A DNA stretch of 62,455 nt, filler included, from Mycoplasmatota bacterium (GTDB lineage Bacteria > Bacillota_I > Bacilli_A > RF39 > UBA660): NCBI GenBank assembly GCA_012727915.1. It is 5 parts of 5 records of this genome, joined end to end, with 100 filler letters (N's around TTAATTAATTAA, not from the genome) between each part and the next. Parts side by side here need not be neighbours in the genome. Positions count along the whole stretch, not along the records: positions 28,734 to 53,247 come from JAAYGD010000012.1; positions 53,348 to 62,455 come from JAAYGD010000013.1; 3 more parts are not named here. The stretch is one strand, 5' to 3'. The first letter of the stretch is position 1, and each line of letters starts with the position of its first letter. The position numbers and the translations under genes were made by a program. Under the pieces are notes generated by a model. It saw only the letters and a list, made by a program, of their open reading frames with translations. It was not told the DNA's origin and did no database searches. Below, piece by piece: positions 52,007 to 59,939 of the stretch.

Positions 52007-52652
52007 TTTAAATATTTTATATGAAGATAATCATATAATAGTAATTATTAAAGAACCTAATGTATTAGTGCAATCAGATGATACTAAAGATATAGATTTA
52101 ATTACTATTATTAAATCTTATTTAAAAGATAAATATAATAAACCAGGTAATGTTTATTTGGGTTTAGTTCATAGATTAGATAGACCAGTGGGTGGGGTAA
52201 TGATTTTTGCAAAAACATCAAAAGCAGCAAGTAGATTAAGTGAAGACTTTAGATCTAATAAAGTGAAAAAAACTTATGTTGCGCTAGTTCATGGAAATAC
52301 AAAAGATACTGATACTTTAATCAATTACTTAGTAAAAGATGAAGATACTAATACATCAAGTAATACAACCAAAGAATTGGGTAAAGAAGCAATATTAGAG
52401 TATAAAAAATTAAATTATAAAAACAATATGTCTTTATTAGAAATTAATTTAAAAACTGGAAGACATCATCAAATAAGAGTTCAATTATCAAATATTAATC
52501 ATCCAATATATGGAGATCAAAGATATGGAATAGATAAAATTGGTATACAAATTCATCTTCATGCATCAAGTATTGAATTTATTCACCCTGTTAAAAAAGA
52601 ATTAATGAAATTTTATAATTATCCATCATGGTATAATGAATATATAAAATAA
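51999..52652 (+). CDS. RluA-family pseudouridine synthase
   Basis: HRLDRPVGG, TGRHHQIR, GDQRYG, LHA. Confidence 0.92.
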   Translation: MNNLNILYEDNHIIVIIKEPNVLVQSDDTKDIDLITIIKSYLKDKYNKPGNVYLGLVHRLDRPVGGVMIFAKTSKAASRLSEDFRSNKVKKTYVALVHGNTKDTDTLINYLVKDEDTNTSSNTTKELGKEAILEYKKLNYKNNMSLLEINLKTGRHHQIRVQLSNINHPIYGDQRYGIDKIGIQIHLHASSIEFIHPVKKELMKFYNYPSWYNEYIK

Positions 52653-52713
52653 TGTATTTTTAATATTGACTACATTCTTTTAATTTAGTATACTTAAAGA
52701 GCATTATTTAAAT

Positions 52714-52790
52714 GGTTCTATGGTGTAGTTGGTTAACACGTCTGCCTGTCACGCAGGAGATCGCGGGTTCGAGTCCCGTTGGAACCGCCA
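52714..52790 (+). tRNA. tRNA-Asp (GTC)
   Basis: Cloverleaf, anticodon loop CTGTCAC, CCA. Confidence 0.96.
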
Positions 52791-52794
52791 AAGT

Positions 52795-52870
52795 GGCTCT
52801 ATAGCTCAGTTGGTAGAGCACAGGACTGAAAATCCTGGTGTCGTTGGTTCAATTCCAACTGGAGCCACCA
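52795..52870 (+). tRNA. tRNA-Phe (GAA)
   Basis: Cloverleaf, anticodon loop CTGAAAA, CCA. Confidence 0.96.
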
Positions 52871-52961
52871 TGAAAATAAAAAAACTAACTTAGGTTAGTT
52901 TTTATTTATATAGAATTCTTGAAAAAATAGTTATAATATGTTAATATTATCAAGTGTTAAT

Positions 52962-53038
52962 GCGCCCATAGCTCAATTGGATAGAGCGTTTGGCTACGGA
53001 CCAAGAGGTTGTGGGTTCAACTCCTACTGGGCGCGCCA
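52962..53038 (+). tRNA. tRNA-Arg (ACG)
   Basis: Cloverleaf, anticodon loop CTACGGA, CCA. Confidence 0.96.
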
Positions 53039-53064
53039 TTTTAAGTTATTGAAAGGATATTGTT

Positions 53065-53247
53065 ATGAAAAAAAACATATTTAAAGTATTCATATTATTT
53101 ATATTATTTATATTTCCTTTTATAGTATATTCAAAAGAAAAAGTAAATGTTTATTTATTTGGAACTGATACATGTCCTCATTGTGCAGATGCTAAAGAAT
53201 ATTTTGGGGATTTAAAAGAAACTCATGAAGAATATTTTAATTTTATA
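53065..53247 (+). CDS. Exported thioredoxin/glutaredoxin-fold protein (partial)
   Basis: Signal peptide followed by CPHC; cut by linker. Confidence 0.75.
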
Positions 53248-53347
53248 NNNNNNNNNNNNNNNNNNNNNNNNNNNNNNNNNNNNNNNNNNNNTTAATTAAT
53301 TAANNNNNNNNNNNNNNNNNNNNNNNNNNNNNNNNNNNNNNNNNNNN
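53248..53347. other. Artificial contig linker
   Basis: N-run/TTAATTAATTAA/N-run. Confidence 0.99.
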
Positions 53348-53348
53348 A

Positions 53349-54635
53349 CAAATAAATCAAGGTGTATCTATCGCGAGAAATAATGGAATTAAACAAAGCA
53401 AGGGAGAATACATTGTTTTTGTAGATTCAGATGATGAGATATTTGATAATTTCTTTATTAATTTGGAAAAAGTAATTTGTAATAACTCATATGATGTGAT
53501 AAAAACAAAAGTAAAATGTATAGAAAACAAAAAATATGATAATAGATTTGAAGTTCCAATATTCACAACAAAGACAGGCATAAAAGCATTGTGTGAATTT
53601 TGCAATTCAAATAAAATATTTGCAACTTCGTGGTCATATATATTTAAAAGAGATTTCATTGTTAAAGAAAAAATGTTTTTTAAAAAAAATACTACTCACG
53701 AAGATTACTTATTAATACCCATGATTTTATCTAAGGCACATTCTGTTATATCAACCGATTGGTATGGCTATAAATATATTAAAAGAAAAAATAGTATGAG
53801 TACTTCGTCTGATAATGTAAATGAAACAATTAGAATAAATGATTTTATCAATAATACATATGAATTAATAAAATATTTTAAAAAAAATCCTGATGATAAT
53901 TCAAAAAAGATTTGTTATTATTTTTATAACCGAATGACAATAAAAATCACTCACGTTAATTCAAATGTAAAACTTAATATGAATTTATTAGCATTAGATA
54001 AAATAGAAAAAATAATCAATAATTTATTTAATATAATTGATATTAATGATTTACCAAACGAATATGCTGAAACAATAAAAAAAGTGTTAAATGATTCTAA
54101 AACAATTTTTAAAAAAGATTTAATAAGCGTGATTTTAGGTGGATCTTGTGGAAAAAACAATCCTGTTGTTGGATGGTCTGATATAGATTTGTATATTATA
54201 CTTAAATCATATGAATCGCATAAAGTTAAATTATTCAGTAGCATAATCGAAAAATATAATATTCATATTGGCGTAACGTTTTATTCATTAACAGAAATCG
54301 AAAATAATATTATTGATAATAAAACAAAAATTATGATTTATGAAAAACAAAAGTTTAGAGTTAATCCTACATTATATGGCTATTGTCCTTTTAGAAAAAT
54401 TAACTATACCAAAATAGTATTAAATGATAAAAATAATTTACCTAATGTGTTGCACGAATTTAGGAGAATGTACATAAAATTACTAAGTAGCAAAAACTCT
54501 GTTGATAAAAAATATATTAAAAAACTTTTATTATTAATCAAATGTTACTTTAATATTAAAGGCGTATTCTTATATGGTTATGAGAATGTTATATTGGAGT
54601 TTTTAAAAGTATATAATATAAAAGAAATAAATTAG
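53349..54635 (+). CDS. GT2 glycosyltransferase fused to a Pol-beta-type nucleotidyltransferase domain (5' partial; frame reopens after the TAG and runs to 54758)
   Basis: Frame open from 53349: NQGVSIARNNG..GEYIVFVDSDD, HED; then LGGSCGK..WSDIDLYII. Confidence 0.8.
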   Translation, partial: QINQGVSIARNNGIKQSKGEYIVFVDSDDEIFDNFFINLEKVICNNSYDVIKTKVKCIENKKYDNRFEVPIFTTKTGIKALCEFCNSNKIFATSWSYIFKRDFIVKEKMFFKKNTTHEDYLLIPMILSKAHSVISTDWYGYKYIKRKNSMSTSSDNVNETIRINDFINNTYELIKYFKKNPDDNSKKICYYFYNRMTIKITHVNSNVKLNMNLLALDKIEKIINNLFNIIDINDLPNEYAETIKKVLNDSKTIFKKDLISVILGGSCGKNNPVVGWSDIDLYIILKSYESHKVKLFSSIIEKYNIHIGVTFYSLTEIENNIIDNKTKIMIYEKQKFRVNPTLYGYCPFRKINYTKIVLNDKNNLPNVLHEFRRMYIKLLSSKNSVDKKYIKKLLLLIKCYFNIKGVFLYGYENVILEFLKVYNIKEIN

Positions 54636-54760
54636 AAAAAAACATATTTTTTTGATATAATTAGAACACTAAATGACACCCAAAGTTCTAAAAAAAAAGT
54701 AATTGATTTTAGTAGTAGGGTTTTGGATTTTATTATTAAAGAAATGGAGGAATTTTAAAA

Positions 54761-55183
54761 ATGGAAAAAAGAGTTAGTTCGAGAGGAATTATTATTGAAG
54801 ATGACAATGTTTATGCAATGTTTAGAAGAAGAATTAAGGATGATGGCATAATAAAGGAATATTACGTTATTCCAGGTGGAGGTATCAACGAAAATGAAAC
54901 ACTAGAAGAAAATGTAATCAGAGAAATGAAAGAAGAATTTTCAGTTGATGTGAAAATAAAAGGATATTTAGGAAAAGATGAAAGTGATGAAACTATAGCA
55001 CATTTCTTTAGTTGTTCTATTATAAATGGCACACCAAAATTAGGGGGAGAGGAATTGGAAAGATGTACCGAACAGAATTATTACGAAATTAGAAAAGTTG
55101 CAATTGAGGATTTAGATAAAGTAGATATATTATCAACAGATATGATTATGAAAGCATTTAAAGAAGAATATATCGAACAATAA
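54761..55183 (+). CDS. Nudix hydrolase
   Basis: PGGGINENETLEENVIREMKEEF Nudix box. Confidence 0.9.
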   Translation: MEKRVSSRGIIIEDDNVYAMFRRRIKDDGIIKEYYVIPGGGINENETLEENVIREMKEEFSVDVKIKGYLGKDESDETIAHFFSCSIINGTPKLGGEELERCTEQNYYEIRKVAIEDLDKVDILSTDMIMKAFKEEYIEQ

Positions 55184-55196
55184 AATTTAGGGGGTT

Positions 55197-55490
55197 TTGG
55201 AATTGAATAAAGAAGAATTAGAAAAATTATTTTTAGAACAAGTTAAAAAACGAATTAGTGAAGAAAGAAAAGAACAAATTGATTGGTTAGAGAGAATACC
55301 ATGGGAATATAAAGGAAGATATGCCGAAGTTAAATGGGGTGATGAAGATTTAGTCGAAAATTTATCTGGTATGTGTATAACTCGAATTAAAAAACTGGAA
55401 AATCTAGAAAACAATCCATATTTTGGTAGTTTTTCGTTTGCTTTAAACGGAGAAAATAATCAAACATTTAGATTAGGAAAAACTGTATAA
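55197..55490 (+). pseudogene. N-terminal fragment of HelD-like/UvrD-type helicase
   Basis: LENNPYFGSFSF..FRLGK resembles the HelD PYFARIDF..YIGK motif; stops at 97 aa. Confidence 0.55.
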
Positions 55491-55491
55491 A

Positions 55492-55800
55492 TCACATTAA
55501 AGAGTTAATACAGGTTATAAACTTTGAAATAGCCATTTTTTCATTAACTTCTTTGATATAAATATATTCTTCATTGTCATACACATAACCAACTAGGAAT
55601 GGTTTGGTATTAGATACAATAACTTTATGAGGATTAATTACTCCTAAATTGGTATTACTTAATTTAATAATACTACCATTTAAATATTCTATATTAATTT
55701 TTGATGTATTAATATACTTATTTAACTTACTTTTTAAAACACTAGGAAATTCTAATTGTTCTATGGTTGTTTTCATAAACAAATCAATCCTCCTTTCCAA
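55492..55800 (-). CDS. Hypothetical protein (possibly a fragment)
   Basis: AAGGAGG RBS before ATG near 55776; ends abutting the convergent helicase fragment. Confidence 0.5.
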   Translation of the reverse strand: MERRIDLFMKTTIEQLEFPSVLKSKLNKYINTSKINIEYLNGSIIKLSNTNLGVINPHKVIVSNTKPFLVGYVYDNEEYIYIKEVNEKMAISKFITCINSLM

Positions 55801-55878
55801 AATATGAAAAAACCCACAATATCAAGTATTATGAGTTTCTATGTAATAACTTACAAAGTGTGCAAGTTTTAATAACTA

Positions 55879-55952
55879 TGGAGCAGATGATGGGAATCGA
55901 ACCCACGTAATCAGCTTGGAAGGCTGAAATTCTACCATTGAACTACATCTGC
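55879..55952 (-). tRNA. tRNA-Gly (TCC)
   Basis: Reverse complement GCAGATGTAGTTCAATGGTAGAA..CTTCCAA..GGTTCGATTCCC..TCCA. Confidence 0.96.
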
Positions 55953-56022
55953 AGGCACTTATAATTATAACAATTTTTTTATATATGTCAATAATTATAA
56001 GGTAATTAATGTTATTATTTTA

Positions 56023-57234
56023 TTAATTTGTTTTAATAACAAGATGTTGATTTTGGAATGCTGCATTGTTTTTTGGGTCTACAATTTGACCATGTTCTAA
56101 TAAATCTTGCCATTTTGTAATTATGGAAAAAGAACTATTTTTATATTTTTCTAATTCTTTCGGAAGTATGTTTCCATCTAAAGGCCTAATTCTAATAACT
56201 GGCCCACTTCCTCCACCATATGAACCACTTATTGATTCTATAGTGTAAGCATAACCATTTTGCGTTCCCAAATACATTCCAGTATGGCCCCTTCCATTGG
56301 TGCCTACATATGATACAGGATCTCCAGCGTTGTATTTTTGAGTTATTGAACTACTATCACTATAATTATCATTATAATCAGCTTTTCTTGGATTTCTATT
56401 AATTACTTTGCCTTCTGCTACGTTACCACTATTAGTTTGTGTCCATAAAGCATAATTTGTGCAATCTAATCCTTGCCCCGATTTATCCCAATTAGAATTA
56501 ATTCCTACATATCTGAAGTTTCCTAATCCATCAGTTGTTGTAGATCCTTTTGCAGCTGGTCTAAAACCGGTTTTTAATTGCCAAAACAATGTAACTTGAG
56601 GTGCTTTATCAGTTCCCCAAATACCAGTATCTTTCATTTTTGTTTGAAGCTCGTTTAAACTTATTGCCGCTTCTTGAAGATAAGCACTATCTCTTTTTGT
56701 AGTATTAGGACTCGAATTAAAATTAATCATCATTTCAGTAAAATTAAAACTCATTAAAGGATTTTCACCTTTTAATGTAGCTTGAATTGTATAATCAGCT
56801 AATTGTGAATTAAACTCTGAAAAAGAAATAACGTTTGTGTCAATGACTCCAGTAGTATTTATATTTGTTGTCTCATTTAGAATATTAGAATTATCTTGAA
56901 TAATGGTTGTTTCTTCAACTATATTATTATTTGTTTGATTAGAAGTTGTTGAGCTATCAATAATACCTTGACTTGTTGCTTCTTTATAATTATTATAAGC
57001 GATATTAAAATTAACAATTATATTTTCTAATGTTTTTAAAATATCATTATATTCTTTTTTTATATCCTCTATATTTTTTAAAGTTTCATTTGATTTTTTT
57101 CCATCCCAATTTTTATCTATAGTTTCTAAATCAGTATTAATAGCGTTAAATTTTTCAAAGATTTTCTCTTTGATTTTTATTAATTCTTCTTCAGTTTTAA
57201 TCATATTACTAAAAGTAACATTAGTATTATTCAT
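56023..57234 (-). CDS. WXG100-like N-terminus + NlpC/P60(CHAP)-like cysteine hydrolase
   Basis: Helical N-domain with central WDG and YNNYKE; C-terminal GLDCTNY..GHTGMYLG..TIES; no signal peptide. Confidence 0.7.
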   Translation of the reverse strand: MNNTNVTFSNMIKTEEELIKIKEKIFEKFNAINTDLETIDKNWDGKKSNETLKNIEDIKKEYNDILKTLENIIVNFNIAYNNYKEATSQGIIDSSTTSNQTNNNIVEETTIIQDNSNILNETTNINTTGVIDTNVISFSEFNSQLADYTIQATLKGENPLMSFNFTEMMINFNSSPNTTKRDSAYLQEAAISLNELQTKMKDTGIWGTDKAPQVTLFWQLKTGFRPAAKGSTTTDGLGNFRYVGINSNWDKSGQGLDCTNYALWTQTNSGNVAEGKVINRNPRKADYNDNYSDSSSITQKYNAGDPVSYVGTNGRGHTGMYLGTQNGYAYTIESISGSYGGGSGPVIRIRPLDGNILPKELEKYKNSSFSIITKWQDLLEHGQIVDPKNNAAFQNQHLVIKTN

Positions 57235-57323
57235 ATAAACCTCTTTATTATGAAATTATATCACTTATTGTTTACTTTTTCAAAGGTTTTGAGTATACTT
57301 TTATATGGTTAGGAAGTGATACT

Positions 57324-58913
57324 ATGATTAGTACTAAAGATTTAACACTTAGATTTGGTGGAAGAATATTATTTGAAAATGTAAATATTAAATTTACTGA
57401 GGGAAATTGTTATGGATTGATAGGTGCAAACGGAAGTGGTAAATCTACTTTTTTAAAAGTGCTTTCAAACGAAATAGAACCTACCAAAGGTGAAGTAATA
57501 GTTGGGAATAAAGAAAGATTGTCAACTTTAAAACAAGATCAAAATTTATATTCTAAAGAAAAAGTAATAGATGTTGTTATTATGGGTAATAAAAGATTAT
57601 ATGACATTATAAATGAAAAGGATAAACTATACTCTAAAACAGAATTTACTGATGAAGATGGAATTAAACTAGGTAATCTTGAAGCTGAATTTGCGGAAAT
57701 GAATGGATGGCAAGCAGAGAGTGATGCTGCAATATTATTAAATGGTTTAGGGGTACCAACTGAATTATATGAAAAGAAAATGGAAGAAATAGATAATTCA
57801 AATAAAATTAAAGTTCTTCTTGCACAAGCTTTGTTTGGGGAGCCAGATGTTCTCTTATTAGATGAACCCACTAATGGTTTAGATATAGACGCTAAATTAT
57901 GGTTAGAAGAGTTTTTAATAGAGTTTAGCAATACTTTAATAGTAGTATCTCATGATAGACATTTTTTAAATAAAGTGTGTACACATATTGTGGATATAGA
58001 TTATGAAAAGTTAACGTTATATGTTGGTAATTATGACTTTTGGAGACAATCAAGCGAATTGATGCAAAAGCAAATGAAGGATTCTAATGTAAAAAAAGAA
58101 AAACAAATTAAAGAACTTCAAGATTTTATTGCGAGATTTTCTGCTAATGCATCGAAATCAAAACAAGCAACTTCTAGAAAGAAAACATTGGAAAAAATTA
58201 TATTAGATGAAATTAAACCTTCAAGTAGAAGATATCCTTATATTAATTTTAAAATTGATAAACCTTTAGGAAAAGATGTATTAACAACTAAAAATTTATG
58301 TGTATCTGTAGAAGGAAAAAGAGTATTAAATAATTTGAATTTGTCTTTAAATAATACAGATAAGATAGCTTTTATAGGAAGCAATGAATTGGCAATTACA
58401 ACTTTATTTAAAGCATTATCTGGAGAAATTGAAATAGATAGTGGAGAAATAGTTTGGGGATCAAGTGTTATTAAATCTTATTTTCCAAAAAATAATGATT
58501 CGTATTTTAATGTTGATAAAAATATAATTCAATGGTTACAAGAATATTCTACAGAAAAAGATGAACAATATGTAAGAGGATTTCTAGGAAGAATGTTATT
58601 TACTGGAGAAGAATCTTTGAAGAAAGTTAAAGTGTTAAGCGGTGGAGAAAAAGTAAGATGTATGTTGTCTAAAATGATGTTAAGCTTTGCGAATGTATTA
58701 ATATTAGATGAACCTACTAATCATTTGGATATAGAAACAATTACATCTTTAAATGAAGGAATGTTAGATTTTAAAGGTGCCATTTTATTTAAAACACATG
58801 ATCATGAATTGATAGAAACAGTTGCTAATAGAATAATAGAATTTAAAGAAGATGGTAAATATATTGATAAGATGTTGAAATATAGTGAATACATAGAAAA
58901 AGTGAACGATTAA
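57324..58913 (+). CDS. ABC-F family ribosome-associated ATPase (YkpA/YbiT-like)
   Basis: Two ABC domains, GANGSGKST, LLDEPTN, FSANASKSKQATSR linker, no TM. Confidence 0.9.
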   Translation: MISTKDLTLRFGGRILFENVNIKFTEGNCYGLIGANGSGKSTFLKVLSNEIEPTKGEVIVGNKERLSTLKQDQNLYSKEKVIDVVIMGNKRLYDIINEKDKLYSKTEFTDEDGIKLGNLEAEFAEMNGWQAESDAAILLNGLGVPTELYEKKMEEIDNSNKIKVLLAQALFGEPDVLLLDEPTNGLDIDAKLWLEEFLIEFSNTLIVVSHDRHFLNKVCTHIVDIDYEKLTLYVGNYDFWRQSSELMQKQMKDSNVKKEKQIKELQDFIARFSANASKSKQATSRKKTLEKIILDEIKPSSRRYPYINFKIDKPLGKDVLTTKNLCVSVEGKRVLNNLNLSLNNTDKIAFIGSNELAITTLFKALSGEIEIDSGEIVWGSSVIKSYFPKNNDSYFNVDKNIIQWLQEYSTEKDEQYVRGFLGRMLFTGEESLKKVKVLSGGEKVRCMLSKMMLSFANVLILDEPTNHLDIETITSLNEGMLDFKGAILFKTHDHELIETVANRIIEFKEDGKYIDKMLKYSEYIEKVND

Positions 58914-58921
58914 GTTCACTT

Positions 58922-59653
58922 TTAATTATTTTCAATAGTGTATTTTGATAATGTTTCAAAAGTATTATTTATATATTCTTTTGGAACAAAGGTTATAACA
59001 CCTCTAGTAACCAAATCTGTAGTAACTATTTGTCCACTATTAATTTTAACATATATAAACATTTTATTATCTTCTTTATATAAAGCACTAAAGTCTACTA
59101 CTCCAGAACTAGTCATATTAGCATAAGATACAACCGCAAAGTTATTATCTAATATATTATCAATGTTCTTATTATTAGGAATTGTAATGTTTCTAGAGGA
59201 TATAAATTCATTAAATTCTGTTTTACTTGTTAATACTTTTGTTTTAAATTTATTTTTATAACTTACTTCTTCATCATAATAAGAAGATTTATATAAAATT
59301 ATTTCTAATTTATTAATTGAATCATCATTATTATCATTTAATTTTATAGAATTATTTCTAATCTTCTTAATAGATAAACCATCTGCTTGAACGGGATAAC
59401 TCTCTCTTAACACGCCAGTAGTCTTTATTTTAACAATATCATTTAAAGATATATTTTGAATATCAATGTTTTTAAAATATACAGTGTAGGGTTCGTTATT
59501 TGCTTCTAATAGTATACTGGATATAATTTCATTACTTTTATTATAAGTAATATCTATTACTCTTCCTTCAATATAAGTACCTTGAATCTTAATAATAATC
59601 AATATAATACTAATTATAAATAGAGAAATTCCTAAAATAATATTTTTTTTCAT
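58922..59653 (-). CDS. Membrane-anchored hypothetical protein (DUF3221-like)
   Basis: N-terminal TM; GVLRESYPVQA motif. Confidence 0.6.
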   Translation of the reverse strand: MKKNIILGISLFIISIILIIIKIQGTYIEGRVIDITYNKSNEIISSILLEANNEPYTVYFKNIDIQNISLNDIVKIKTTGVLRESYPVQADGLSIKKIRNNSIKLNDNNDDSINKLEIILYKSSYYDEEVSYKNKFKTKVLTSKTEFNEFISSRNITIPNNKNIDNILDNNFAVVSYANMTSSGVVDFSALYKEDNKMFIYVKINSGQIVTTDLVTRGVITFVPKEYINNTFETLSKYTIENN

Positions 59654-59737
59654 AAAAATCACCTGTATACATTTTAACATATATATTAAAATGATTGAAT
59701 TAATTTTAATTATTTATTATAATGTATGTATATTTGA

Positions 59738-59929
59738 ATGTTGACAAAGAGTAGTAGTAATTATTAAATCTGTAGAGAATTAGTGTTTGGTGAAAACTAA
59801 TGATGTATAATTATGAACTCGCTTTGGAATTCAATCGTTTATTACGTTACAATAAATAAGTGCATAGAAATACTATGAACTAAGGTGGTACCGCGATTAA
59901 TCGTCCTTAGATTTGTAGTGTTTTTTTAT
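59738..59929 (+). ncRNA. T-box leader (Leu, specifier CTC)
   Basis: AGTA, AGAGA and GGTGAAA stem I motifs, GAA-CTC specifier at 59818, T-box AAGGTGGTACCGCG at 59882. Confidence 0.9.
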
Positions 59930-59939
59930 AGGAGGAAGT

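Noticed and set aside
7129..53347. Recurring TTAATTAATTAA within N runs (4 copies)
   Set aside because: Artificial stop-codon linkers; the truncations of pcrA, topA, rlmD, alr and others at these points are assembly edges, not pseudogenes.
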